Positions 36,378 to 48,860 are shown, numbered from the stretch's first letter. The stretch: DNA of 64,000 nucleotides from Malacoraja senta (GCA_038087875.1 CM075998.1:5768001-5832000), one strand, 5' to 3'. Numbers and translations: made by a program. The notes: generated by a model not told the origin, from the sequence alone.

Positions 36378-37170
36378 TAACTACAGGGAGAGGTTGCACA
36401 GACTTGGATTGTTTTCTCTGGAATGCCAGAGGTTGCAGGGAGACCTGGTAGAAGTGTATAAAATTATGAGGCATGGTAGACAGTCAGAACCTATTTCCCC
36501 GAGGGTGGAATTGTCAAAGACTAGAGGGCATTGTCACCTTGTCATGGTGGAGAAGCTTGTGTGGACCTGAGATCCTGAAAGCGATGCTGTCTGGAGCTAT
36601 ACTCCTGGTAGGGCCACCCATGGTGGTAAGGTCGAGGGGGAGGTCTCTGACAAAGAGCAATCCAACCAAGACCTCAACGGTGGAACAGGCGGAGGACGAT
36701 GGCTGACCTTAGTGGAGCGTCACAACGGCTGGGAAGGCGGATGAAGGCTGCAGCAGAAAAGGGTCTCCGGTCGTCTTGGACTCCATGCCACTGGATCCTG
36801 ACCCAGATCTGTCAAGGACCGTGGGGTGGCTGTCTGTGCACCAGTCTCCCCACGTTAAACAAAGTCACGCACAGGCGTCCTCCATATAGGGAATAGCACC
36901 CTGGAGACACCCATGGTCATCCATGACCGAAGAAGGCCTAAGATGAAGAAGAGGAGAGGGCATAGCTTTAGGTGAGAGGGGCAAAGTTAAAATGAGATGT
37001 GCAGGGCATGTTGTTTTAACACAGAGAGTGGCGAGTACCTGCAACACACTGCCAGGGGTGGTGGCGGAGGCAGATACAACAGTGGCAATTGAGAGGAGTG
37101 GATAAGCACATGGGTATTCAGGGAATGGAGGGATACGGATTACATGCAGACAGACAAGAGGTTGTGTTAG
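36378..37170 (+). mobile_element. CR1-like 3' fragment interrupted at 36532-36954
   Basis: actagagggcat|agcttta (TRGHSF) split by the insertion. Confidence 0.8.
36532..36954 (+). mobile_element. Non-autonomous RTE-derived element
   Basis: 9-bp TSD agagggcat (36523-36531, 36955-36963); head caccttgtcatggtggagaagcttg...ggtagggccacccatgg resembles recalled Expander/BovB 5' UTRs; (gaa)-like tail. Confidence 0.75.
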
Positions 37171-37174
37171 TATC

Positions 37175-38690
37175 ATAGAAACATAGAAAATAGATGCAAG
37201 AGTGGGCCATTCGGCCCTTCGAGCCAGCACTGCCATTCAATATGATCATGACTGATCATCCAAAATCAGCCATGATCATATGGCTGCTTTTTCCTGCTTT
37301 TTCCTGCTATGGTTCCTGCTTTTTCCCCATATCCCTTGATTCCGTTAGCCCTAAGAGCTAAATCTAACACTCTCTTGAAAACATCCAGTGAATCGGCCTC
37401 CACTGCCTTCTGTGGCAGAGAATTCCACAGATTCACAACTCTCTGGGTAAAAAAAAATTTCCTCATCTCAGTCCTAAATGGCCTACCCCTTATTCTCAAA
37501 CTGTGACCCCCTGGTTCTGGACTCCCTCAACATCGGGAACATTTTTCTTGCATCTAGCCTGTCCAAACCTTTAAGATTTTTATATGTTTCTATAAGGTCC
37601 CCTCTCATCCTAAATTCCAGCGAATACAAGTCCAGTCGACCCATTCTTTCATCATATGTCAGTCCCACCATCCCGGGAATGAACCTCGTGAACCTACGCT
37701 GCACTCCCTCAATAGCAAGAATGTCCTTCCTCAAATTAGGAGATCAAAACTGCACACAATACTCCAGGTGCGATCTCACCAGGGCCCTGTACAAGTGCAG
37801 TAGGACCTCCTTGCTCCTGTACTCAAATCCTCCAGCTATGAAGGCCAACTTGCCATTAGCTTTCTTCACTGTCTGCTGTACCTACACGCTTACTTTCAGT
37901 GACTGATGTACAAGGACACCCAGGTCTCTTTGCACCTTTTCCAAATCTGCACCCTTTTTCCAAATCTGACACCATTCAGATAATAATCAGTCTTCTTGTT
38001 CTTGCCACCAAATTGGATAACCTCACATTTATCACCATTATGCTGCATCTGCCATGCATCTGCCCACTCATCCAACTTATCCAAGTCACCCTGCAGCCTT
38101 ATAGTATCCTCCTCGCAGCTCACACTGCCACCCAGCTTTGTGTCATCCACAAACTTGGAGATGTTACGTTTAATTTCTTTGTCTAAATCGTTAATATATT
38201 TTGTAAGTAACTGGAGTCCCAGCACTGAGCCTTGCGGCACCCAACTAGTCACTGCCTGCCACTCTGAAAAGGACCCGTTAATTCTTACTATTTGCTCCCT
38301 GTCTGCCAACCAGCTCTCAATACCCTACCCCCAATACCATGTGCTCTAATTTTGCACACTAATCTCTTGTGTGGGACCTTGTCAAAGGGTTTTTGAAAGT
38401 CCAGATACACCACATCCACTGGCTCTCCCTTATCCATTCTACTTGTTACATCCTCAAACAATTCCAGAAGATTAGTCAAGCATGATTTCCCCTTCATAAA
38501 TCCATGCTGACCTTGTCCGATCCCGTCACTGCTTTCCTAATGCGCCGCTATTACATCTTTATGAATCAATTCCAGTATCTTCCCCACTACCGATGTCAGT
38601 CTATAATTTCTTGTTTTCTCTCTCACTTCTTTCTTAAAAAGTGGGGTTACATTGGCTACCCTCCAGTCCACAGGAACTAATCCAGAGTCT
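37175..38690 (-). mobile_element. CR1-like LINE RT fragment
   Basis: MKGKSCLTNLLE, YLDFQKPFDKVPH, VPQGSVLG, KFVDDTK. Confidence 0.93.
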
Positions 38691-39209
38691 ATTTGATACA
38701 GATATTGTGGGTTGAAGGGTCTGTTTTGGCTCTGTACTGTTCTATGTACAAACTCACCAACTCTTGGTGAGGGCAGCACAGATGATGGCCAGAGGGTTGG
38801 CGGTGCTCCATACCATTGCAATTTCTATGGCAAAGTCGGGGAGGGGGTTGGTGGTGGAGGGAGGACATTTGGCAGGAAGATAAGGTGGCTGTCAATTCAC
38901 CCAAGCTTTTGTTCACATGCAACCTTGCAACCTCTGCTTTTCCTGTGGTGGAAGATGGAGTCTAAGGCGATTTTTTTCATCATTTTTCCTGCACAAAACA
39001 AGTTTATTTACGGATTGATCAAACTGCACAGCTTTGGTCAGCTGTGCAAGACAACAGCTGTGGAGGAAGCTACCTTATCTGGGGCTTAACTGACAGGAAA
39101 CCTCTGAAATCTGGAGCAGCCTGTTGAAGGACAAGAAGGCATCCAGCCACCAGTGGAATCTGGCCTTGCGAATGTCATATGTAGTCACATTCTTTATGAA
39201 AGCACACTG

Positions 39210-39525
39210 CGCACGGTGGCGCAGTGGTAGAGTTGCTGCCTTACAGCGCTGGCAGCGCCAGAGACCCGCGTTTGATCCCGACTACGGGTGCTGTCTGTAC
39301 GAAGTTTGTACGTTCTCCCCGTGACCCGCGTGGATTTTCTCAGAGATCTTCGGTTTCCTCAAACATTACAAAGACGTACAGGTTTCAGGGTTAATTGGCT
39401 TGGTATAAATGTAAAATTGTCCCAAGTGTGTGTAGGATAGTGTTAGTGTGGGGGGATCGCTGGTCGGTGCAGACTCGATGGGCCGAAGGGCCTGTTTACG
39501 CGCTGTATCTCCAAACTGAACTAAA
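39210..39525 (+). mobile_element. HE1-like V-SINE
   Basis: gcacggtggcgcagtggtagag head, V-domain and tail. Confidence 0.88.
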
Positions 39526-39956
39526 AGTACACACTGTCATTTTCCTCCTGTGCCCTAACCCCAGTGGTTTAGTTGGCTTTTTCATGACGATGCTGCCATT
39601 AATTACCAAGATGTCATGTTCCTGAAACATATTCTTCTCAGAACATTCTGTGGTTGCTACTTAAGTAATCTGGACTGTCCTAACATTTCTTCTTCTTTGT
39701 ATCAAAACTGATCAGATACCAAGGAGCTCGAGCCTGACCCCAAGATAGGCAGGCTGGTGAGTTAATTGCTGCTGTAAATTGCTCCACGTGTGAAAGCGAG
39801 TGGTCGAATCAGGGGGAAGGTGATGTAAATGCGTGGAAAATAAAATTCGATTAGTGCAGGAGAAGTGTCATTGGTAGGCACAGCTGCAGTGCATGAAGAG
39901 CTTGTTTCCATGCTGCACGACTCACATTGTGGCACCAGCTTTGCACCATTATGGGT

Positions 39957-40372
39957 AGAAAGGAACTGCAAACGCTGGTTTATAGTGAAGAAAGACACAG
40001 AGTGCTGGAGTAACTCAGCGGGTCAGGCAGCATCTCTGGAGATAAAGGATGGGTGAGGTTTGGGGTCAGAACCCATCTTCAGACTGAAAGTAGAATGGAG
40101 GGAACTGGAGGAAGGGAAAGGTCGGAACAAATCAGGGCCGGCAACAGATGACCAAGGAAGGATGGAGTCCATAATGGCCCATTGTTGGCTGGGGAAGAGG
40201 TGATAACAAAAGGGAAACAAGAATGCGAACAGTGGAACTAGTAGGACGACTAGGGAGGGGGAGGGGGGAGAGAAGGATTTCAGGGGTTACAAAGTTAGAG
40301 AGTTGGGTTGTAAGCTGCCCAAGTGAAATATGAGGTGCTGTTCCTCCAATTTGCTTGTGGCCTCACTCTGAC
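39957..40372 (-). mobile_element. Penelope-like 3' fragment
   Basis: Reverse complement encodes a KLEEQHLIFHLGSLQP-like C-terminus plus tail. Confidence 0.8.
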
Positions 40373-40396
40373 CTTTCTGTACTGGGCCTCCACCAC

Positions 40397-40675
40397 TGTC
40401 AGAGCTGCTGCCTCACAGCGCCAGCGACCGAGATTCGATCCTGACTATGGCTGCTGTCTGTATGCAGTTTGCGTGTTCTCCCCGTGACCTCGTGTATTTT
40501 CTCCGGATGCTCTGTTTTCCTGCCACATTCGAAAGACATGCAGGTTTGTAGGTTAATTGGCTTCTGTAAATTGTCCCTAGTGTGTAGGATAGAATTAGTG
40601 TGTGGGTGATCGATGGTCGGCGAGGAATCGGTGGGCCGAAGGGCCTGTATCACTGCTGTATCTTTAAGCTAAACT
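40397..40675 (+). mobile_element. HE1-like V-SINE (5'-truncated)
   Basis: V-domain and tail. Confidence 0.85.
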
Positions 40676-40901
40676 AGCAGGTCAGGCAGCATCCCTGTAG
40701 AACATGGAGAGGTGACATTATTTATTTCCCTGCAAATTAGGTGCCAAGTTAGGCAAATTAGTGCGTTTTTGCTTTCCATCTGAGAATGTATCAACCGAAT
40801 GGCTGTCCAGCTGGCTTGAAGCCTTCACTGTTGCTGCGTGCTACAGGTTCCTTGCACAAGGCATCCTGCATCTCTGAGATTGGTGGGAAGTGGCAAACCC
40901 T

Positions 40902-41062
40902 TGCCACAGGCTCTTCGGCCCAACGTGCCCACAGGCTCTTCGGCCACAACGTGCCCACAACGTGCCCACACCTGGGCAGGTGTGACTAGTGTAGCTGGGA
41001 CATGTTGGCCATTGTGGGCACGTTGGACCGAAGAGCCTGTTTCCACACTGTATCACTCTATG
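40902..41062 (+). repeat. Short tandem caacgtgcccaca repeats inverted against a CR1 tail
   Basis: acaggctcttcggcc and caacgtgcccaca repeated; complementary to tgtgggcacgttggaccgaagagcctgt at 41013-41040. Confidence 0.6.
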
Positions 41063-42429
41063 ATCAAATGCTCGAGCAGTGATTTGGGTTTTGAAAGATG
41101 TCTTAGAGGAGGCAACAGAATTGGGAGGCTTGGTGGGCGGAGAATGTTGGATTTAACTCAGGAGCTTGGGGCTTGAGCAGCTGGTTATGGCTTCCAGAGG
41201 GGCTGCAATTATATCCAGCAATCAGCAAGGGACTGGAGTTGGAGGAGGACGGAGATCTGTGTGGGTTGGTGGAGGTTCGTCCACAGGAGATTTGTACCCC
41301 TCCATGTTTCAACCAAAATGGACTTCTTCTTTGATATTCCAGATTGCAAGTATCTGCCTTGGGTTTAGATGCTTAAGATGCCAGAGAGCGAATACTGGCA
41401 TCAAATGGGGTTAAGGGGTGATTAAAGCAGCCTTTTCTAACCAGATGAGATGAACTTTGTCCTTGGACTTACACTTCACATTGTGTATACAGCAGTGACC
41501 TCTGTAGTAAAGCAGTCTCGGTGCTTCAGAGCATGTGTACAGCCTTGTATCATTGAGCTTATAAAATAAAGCAGAATTTCATCAGTCTGAGCCCTGGGTG
41601 GGTGGCTAGCTGGCACGGGACAGGAATCCATGATTTGCTTCAAGCTTAAGAATGTAAAATTTGTGATGATTATGCTTTGTGTTGGTCTGGCACTGAAGCT
41701 ATTGCTTTATATGCTGGTTAATGTTGCGGTGACTTGCCCCCACACACTGTAATAAATATGTGAACGGGTCTTCCTGGACCCGCATTAATTTGCGACCCGC
41801 AAGTGAGTGTGGGTCATGTTGGGCCTCGGAGTTTGCATTACTGCTTGGGTTTTATCCAGAAAATATGACGGGTCTCCATTTTACGACCAGTTCGCTTTTG
41901 TTTTTGTCTGTGGCCTCTTTGACAGTCTGTCTATCATGTTGTCGGGGTTAAGTGGAAAAGATTACCATAGCAACGATGATAAAAGTTAGTGACCTTGGTC
42001 AGGGGCACCCCTACATAGATCATGAATATTAATCAATCTCGCAAGAAAAAGGCAGATGAGTGTCCTTGGTGCAGTAATGTGTAGGCTGGGAGACGTGGGC
42101 CGTGAAAGGCAGGATCATCAAATAACCTTTGGAATATTGCACACTCAAAGGGAAGTATAAAAGAGCTCTTTTGTCCTTCTTACAAAGGAATTTAAAAACT
42201 ATGCTGATATCTGAGTTGGTGATCTAAGGCATACGGACTTAGAAGACCCAGGTCTGATCCCTGACCTTGCTTGATGTAGCTCGTGGGTGGTGATGAGTTG
42301 ATGGGAGTCTGGCTCTGATCTGGTGCCGACAAACAAGAGAAAAGTCATGCCAGGCTTCACTCCCAATTACGGGATATTGTGTGTGGATGGGGAGAGAGGG
42401 CAACTTTAAGTTCTGTTCTACTACCCCTT

Positions 42430-42825
42430 ATAAGTTCATTAGTTCTTAAGTTCTAGGAGCAGAATTAGGCCATTCGGCCCATCAAGTCTACTCCACCATT
42501 CAATTATGGCTGATCTATCTCTCCCTCTCAACCCCATTCTCCTGCCTTCTCCCCATAACCCCAGACATTATTAATCAATATAGACACAAAAAGCTGGAGT
42601 AACAGAAGGAATGGGTGACGTTTCGGGTCGAGAACCCATTCCTTCTCTCCAGAGATGCTGCCTACCCCCCTGAGTTACTCCAGTTCCTTCTTACACATTA
42701 TTAATCAACAATCTGTCAATCTCCCACCTTAAAAATATCCACTGCCTTGGCCTCCACCGCCATCTGTGGCAATGAATTGCACAGGTTCACCACCCTCTTA
42801 CTGAAGAAATTCCATCTCATCTCAC
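42430..42825 (-). mobile_element. CR1 3' end containing a palindromic Penelope-tail insertion (42579-42694)
   Basis: 14-bp TSD acattattaatcaa at 42565-42578 and 42695-42708. Confidence 0.8.
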
Positions 42826-43005
42826 TTACTCCTTCCCATGTTTAAACTGCCCCCTGCCACTGAGTAGGAACATTTATGTGGAAAGGATGGAAAATTGAGT
42901 GAATGGACAGAAAACTTCCCTCCCAAAAGGAGCCTGGGTCTTAATGGTTTTGGGCAGGAGGGAAGATGTGAAAACTATTCAGAAAATACTTTTTGGGAAG
43001 AGTTA

Positions 43006-43211
43006 AGGGCGAATTTTTCGGCGACTTGCTGGCACCCGTCATAGTGGACGAAAATTTTCAACATGTTGAAAATCTAGTTGGGACCAGAAAAAGGTACGAC
43101 TCTTTGGTCGACTACTCACGACCATACAGGTGTCACCCCGCATCGCGACATGCTGTGACTATGACGGGTGCCGGCAGTCGCCGAAAAAATCGCGTAAGTG
43201 GGACAGGCCCT
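43006..43211. mobile_element. Short MITE, GGGCCTGTCCCAC-TIR family (left TIR partly deleted)
   Basis: Ends gtgggacaggccc; internal inverted repeats tttttcggcgact / agtcgccgaaaaa; TTAA on both sides. Confidence 0.7.
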
Positions 43212-43426
43212 TAAAGAAAGCCACAATCAATTATTGTTGCAATGGCAACCATTATAACAGAATGGTTGAAAGCAGGTTGCTTTGTGTTGGCGAACAAGTA
43301 ACTTTGTAAGCGACATTTTACAGAAATTGTAGTTTAAAATGATAATCTGCTGTCAATGCCGACCAACACAGTGGGGTAAATTTGGGCAGTTATGTAAAAT
43401 TGGTGCTATTGGATTAGCATCTTTAG

Positions 43427-43707
43427 ATTAGTTTAGTTTGGAGATACAGCGTGGAAACAGGCCCTTCGGCCCACCGAGTCCACGCGATCTTCCGCACACA
43501 CTAGGGACAATTTTTACATTCACCAAGCCAATTAACTGACAAACCTGCACGTATGGGAGGAAACCAAAGCTCTCGGAGAAAACCCACGTGGTCACGGGGA
43601 GAACGTGCAAAATTTCAGTACAGACAGCACCCGTAGTCGGGATCGAACCCGGATCTCTGGTGCTGCAAGCACTGTAAGGCAGCAACTCTACCGCTGCACC
43701 ACCATGC
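43427..43707 (-). mobile_element. HE1-like V-SINE
   Basis: Head, V-domain and tail. Confidence 0.85.
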
Positions 43708-44153
43708 CGCCAACTGTACCACCTTCTACCCATCATACAGCACCGAATTTGATATTGCTCAATGTTTAAATCACTTTCCGTTGTTTTGGTGGTTGTTCAC
43801 AGTTGCATCATCCAATATGATTCATGGGCTGTACAATCCTCCTATCACGAGTAGCTAAAGAAGTTGGATCTGTGTTCTTTGGAGATGGGATAGAACGCTG
43901 TTTTCTCTGCATTGGACCATTGGGTCTGGGTTTTGGTATTGTCCATAAGGCCAACAGCCCAATGCGTAGATCCACTGACTAGTGTGGTACTACGCCACAT
44001 AAAACAGTTACTCAGGCTTGGGAGAAGAAAGATCTGCGAAGGGTCCTGATTCAGATAAACAGAACCTGTGCCCACCCAACATGCGCAAGTCCTGCCAGCC
44101 TCAAGCAGGGCATTCGTCAGCTTTTCCACAACCCACTCCCTGACCTGGTGTTA

Positions 44154-44651
44154 AAGGGCCTGTCCCACGAGCATGCGACTGCATGCGGCAAGCGCGACCA
44201 AACCGGAAGCGGGGGCCGCGCGGAGGTCGAGTGATCCCCGTACAGGGCCTGTCCCACCAGCATGCGACTGCATGCGCCGAGCGCGACCAAACCGGAAGCG
44301 GGGGCCGTGCGGAAGTCGAGTGATTGACGTGAAGTTGGAGCGAAGTCCGCGGGAAGTTCGCGCGTGAATTACGGCATCAAGACGCTGCGCACGGCTTCGA
44401 GACGCTGCGCACGCCCGTCGAGGCGGTGCGTACGGCCTCAATGCGGCTGCGGGCCGGCAGGCCGTTGCCGAGCGGAATTTTTGAACAGTGTCACTTTGTC
44501 TGAGCCCCGCGCGATGTCGGGACCAGCTCCGCACAACTCCATACGGCTCCGGCGATCGAAGTGGGACCGGCCCCGCGAGGCCGTACGGCTCAAGCGACCA
44601 CGTTAGATCGCGCTTGCCGCATGGAGTCGCATGCTCGTGGGACAGGCCCTT
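44154..44651. mobile_element. CpG-rich MITE with about 45-bp TIRs (possibly PIF/Harbinger-like)
   Basis: aagggcctgtcccacgagcatgcgac...gtcgcatgctcgtgggacaggccctt; left end internally duplicated at 44243; TA/TTA target duplication. Confidence 0.85.
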
Positions 44652-44879
44652 TACACTCCCACTTGTGCTGACTGTGTCTCCCTGGTTGGCATCAGATCTC
44701 CCCAGACAATGCCCTCACACAAAAGTAAAGTGACAGGGGAGATAACTGAGGCACCGACGCATTTGAAATGGTGACTTTCATGTCATCTTATTGTTCAAAT
44801 TATTCTGCACTGTAAGTAATTCTACTTTAGATACAATTTCAATATTTAGCAGGGTAAAATTGGGTCAATATCTTGGGAA

Positions 44880-45197
44880 GACATAGACTCATACAGTACG
44901 GAAACAGGCCCTTCAGCCCAACTTGCCCATGCCGACCAACATGCCCCACCTACACTGGTCCCACTTGCCCACGTTTGGCCCACATCCCTCGAAACATCTC
45001 CTATCCATGTCCCCATCCAAATGTCTTTTAAATGTTGTTATAGTCTCTGTCTCAACTACACCCTCTGGCAGCTCATTCCATACACCCACCACCCTCTGTG
45101 AAAATATTGCCCCTCAGGTTCCTATTAAAATCTTTCCCCTCTCACCTTAAACCCATGTCCTCTGGTTCTTGATTCCCCTAATCTGGATAAAAGACTT
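44880..45197 (-). mobile_element. CR1/HER1-like 3' end
   Basis: Typical tail and WNELP-region sequence. Confidence 0.8.
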
Positions 45198-45429
45198 TTA
45201 ATAAACAATGCCGCATAATCAAGGTGACCACATCAGAGAATGTTTTACTTTTTCAGAGGCTGACTCAATTCCAAATAGTTTTTGTTCGTTCATCCTTAGC
45301 ATATGTAGGGGCCTCAAAGAAGTTAATCTGTAGTCCTTGAGGTAATCATTAACCTGGTCTTTTGCTGGTAAAGTGACCTTGTAAAATCTCAGGCTTGCAA
45401 AACTTGCTAACATGTTATTGCAACTCTTC

Positions 45430-45702
45430 AGTCAGTTCAGTTCAGTTTATTGTCACATGTACCAAGTTACAGTGAAAAGCTTTTGTTGCGTGCTAACCAG
45501 TCAGCAGAAAGACAATACATAATTACAATCGATCCGTTTACAGTGTATAGATACATAATATGGGAATAACGTTTAGTGCAAGGTAAAGCCAGCAACGCCC
45601 GATCAAGGATTGTCCAAGGGTCACCAATAAGGTAGATAATAGTTCAGCGCTGCTCACTGGTTGTTGGTAGGATGATTCAGTTGCCTGATAACAGCTGGGA
45701 AG
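45430..45702 (-). mobile_element. Rex1/Babar-like 3' end
   Basis: Reverse complement FPAVIRQLNHP, UTR and gtgacaataaa(ctgaa)n. Confidence 0.75.
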
Positions 45703-46134
45703 GTTAATTGGTTTGGTATGTGCAAAAAATTGTCCCTGATGTGTGTGTAGGATAGTGTAATGCCCCTGTCCCAGTTAGGCGCTTTTTTAGGCGACGATAG
45801 GCAACTAGGCTGTCGCAACATGGTCACCGGGACGTCGCCTGTATGGTCTTGAGTAGTCTCCTCAGTCGCCCAAAGAATCGTGTTTTTCTGGTCGTCGCTG
45901 GATTTTGAAATGTTTACAAATTTTCGGCGACAGTTGGTTTGACGCCAATGAGAGTAGCTTGACTATTCCTGACGTAGGTGCTGTCGTAGGTTGTCGCCAG
46001 GATGACATAGGATGTCGCCGGTGCTGACTTCAGCGAATTCCATTTGTGACTACCTACGTCAACCCACGTCAACTGGCGACAGGTACCGGCGACTGAATTG
46101 TCTTACCTTGTCGTAGCTTGTCGCGGGTGGAAGT

Positions 46135-47908
46135 CGTGTGACGAAGTGGCGTGGAAGGACGAGAAACCGAAGCTAAGAAGTGGAAGCCAAATAACCGAAC
46201 GGAAACTACGCCGAAAAGCCAAATAACCGAAAGCGTACAATGCCAAAAAGCCAAATAACCGAAAGAGTACGACGCCGAAAAGCCAAATAACCAAAGCGTA
46301 CGCCGCCAAAAATCCAAATAACCGAACGGACGCAACGCTGAAAGGCTAAATAACGGACATGATGTCGCCGGGGGCGGTACTTGTCAGCGATTGGTCCAGA
46401 CCCCCGCACTCTGACTGGGCACTCTGAACCCAAGCACCAAGGTGTAAGCGGCCGAAGGAGCACATCCCTCGGGACAGCCCCCACTCTCCCCCGGGGTCAG
46501 AGTGCCCAGTCACCCTCCAGCCCCGGGTGGTCATGTGCGGGAAAGTACTGCAGATGCTGGTTCACACTGATAAATAGACACATAATTGCTGGAGTAACTC
46601 AGCGGGACAAGCATCATCTCTGGATAGAAGGAATGGGTGACGTTTCGCGTAGAGACCCTTCTTCAGACAATCACAAGTACTCTCACCGACGAGAGTTCAG
46701 TTCAGTCTGAAGGGTCTCGACCCGAAACATCACCAATTCCTTCTCTCCAGAGATGCTACCTGTCCCGCTGAGTTACTCCAGCAATTTGCGTCTACCTTCG
46801 GTGTAAACCAGCATCCGCAGTTCCTTCCTACACTGTGTTAGTAAATCTTGTCTGTGCTGTCTGCTGTGCTTTCGTGCTGTACAGTGCAGTGCCCAATATC
46901 CCAGCCTCAATGAAACCAATGTTTTAACGAAGTTCAACACAACCTCCTTGTCTTTATACCCTGCACCGTCAGTTACAGACCCGTGCAAATGGTTGGCATT
47001 GTTGATTCCGCATATTTTTTACAATTTCCCCTCTCACCCTGAGTGTATTTCCTATTGGAAAGCAGAATATAGCTGATGGGGTCAGATAGATCAGACGAAA
47101 GCTGGTTCCGAAATGTGTTTAATTTCGCCCAATGCATTTGATAAAGGTTTTGTCTACAACTGACCAAGTTTTCCAACCCGAAGGAAATCGGCGAGCGCAT
47201 AACGAGCTGGGTTCAGCTGGAGGTCCACAGTAGTTGGAAGAATTCTGCTCACTGGGAATAAAGACCCGAGGCAGCGCAGCGTGCACACTGTCCATCTCTC
47301 GGGCGTGCACGCTGACACTAACTGACACTAACTCACACTTACTCATATCACTGAAGCGACTCAGGGAGCTAAGATATTCTTTAAAAAAACAGTAATATTT
47401 GTTTCGTCTGGTTTCTCGATTCACACCCAAAGGATCATTGGCCTTCAAGATGCACAGTAGTATATGTATTGTGATAGTCAAAATATAATTGTTACAGTTG
47501 GTGTAAATATCTATAGAACCAATTTGGATTATGATTTTGTTAAATCAACCGAAAGTTCAAATCACACGGTGTTTTATTTTATATTCAGGAAAGTCCAAAA
47601 GCGGCAAAGGAAAATTAAAAATGACCCCCACCCTCCCGTCTCCCCCGGCCAGTGATGTGATGGACGCGGGGGTCTGGACCAATCGCTGACAAGTACCGCC
47701 CCCCAGCGTCATCATGTCCGTTATTTGGCTTTTCGGCGTTGTGTCCGTTCGGTTAGTTGGCTTTTCGGCGTTGCGCCCTTTTGGTTATTTGATTTTTCGG
47801 CATCGTACTCTTTTGGTTATTTGGCTTATCGGTGTCGTTTCCGTTCGGTTATTTGGCTTCCATTTCTCAGCTTCGGCTTCTCGTCCTTCGACGCAACATC
47901 CGGGTACC
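46135..47908. mobile_element. Foldback/MULE-like element with long subrepeated TIRs
   Basis: TIRs at 46135-46407 and 47666-47908 with about 32-bp AAATAACCGAA units (6 left, 5 right); 9-bp direct repeat ggtgga(a/c)gt at 46126-46134 and 47909-47917. Confidence 0.8.
46535..46832. mobile_element. Head-to-head Penelope-tail pair; hammerhead-like core on the minus strand at 46639-46666
   Basis: Two arms separated by a short spacer. Confidence 0.75.
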
Positions 47909-48860
47909 GGTGGACGTGGGTTGTCGTAGGTGGACGTCCTAATGGGTCGCCGGTTGTCGGTAGCTTGCCGCAGTCGACTAGGTGGTAGGTTGCTGCAGAC
48001 ATTGCCGTAGACATTGTCATGGGGGGGGTCCAGTCGCAGGTTTTTCGGCCACCTGCTGCGACGATGACAGTTGCCGGCAGTCACCGAAAAAATCACCTAA
48101 GTGGGACAGGCCCATTAGTGTTCAGACTGAAGGAGGGTTCCGACCTGAAACACGGAACATCACCTAATCCTTCTCTCCAGAGATGCTGCCTGACCTACTG
48201 AGTTACTCCAGCATTTTGTGTCTTTAGCCAGCAACAATGGTAGTATTCAATTGTGCACCATTAACACATATTTGAGAGTGAAAGGCATCACAGCCAACCT
48301 AACTCTATCCTCATTTAAATGCTATAACATGTGTACACTTTACAACATGAATCAATGATGTCAACGGAATCCAATTTCTTTCTTTCTCAGTTGTATTCAG
48401 CCCACGTTGTTTGCCTCCTTTTGTTAAACCAGCTAGACAATGGTGCAAGATTTCAACAGCATGCAATAGAATGTCAAACCCCGTTCTAAGGAACTTGTTT
48501 CAAACTTCTTCACATTACAGTGCAGAAGATATTTTCCTTTCCCTTCCTAACCCCGCCTGTCAGACTTTGCTGTCTTGATTTTTGAACCTTTCTTTGTTTC
48601 TTGATGAAGGTGCTTTCAGGAGATTCCTTTCAAAGATAGAAATGTCAGATAGACACAAAATGCTGGAGTATCTCAGCAGGACAAAAAGTTGTATTTCAAT
48701 AGCCGAGATATTGGTAACAGAGAGGCCCCTGTCCAATTGATGAAAGATCGTAAGTTCTCAGGTGACGCTAGAGATAAGAATAAAAATTGGATATCTAAGG
48801 CCTAGGTTTTGGCAGGTATTAGATCAATGTCGACCATTGTACAGTGGATGTATTCACTTG

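Larger units (their letters stand above)
45760..48115. mobile_element. Non-autonomous TIR element of the same MITE family, hosting a nested insertion
   Basis: Left cctgtcccagttaggcgctttttt, right aaaaaatcacctaagtgggacagg; TA on both sides; interrupts an HE1-SINE segment (ggatagtg|tagtgt). Confidence 0.8.

Noticed and set aside
44154..44651. CpG-island promoter
   Set aside because: CpG richness is confined exactly within the TIRs of a MITE.
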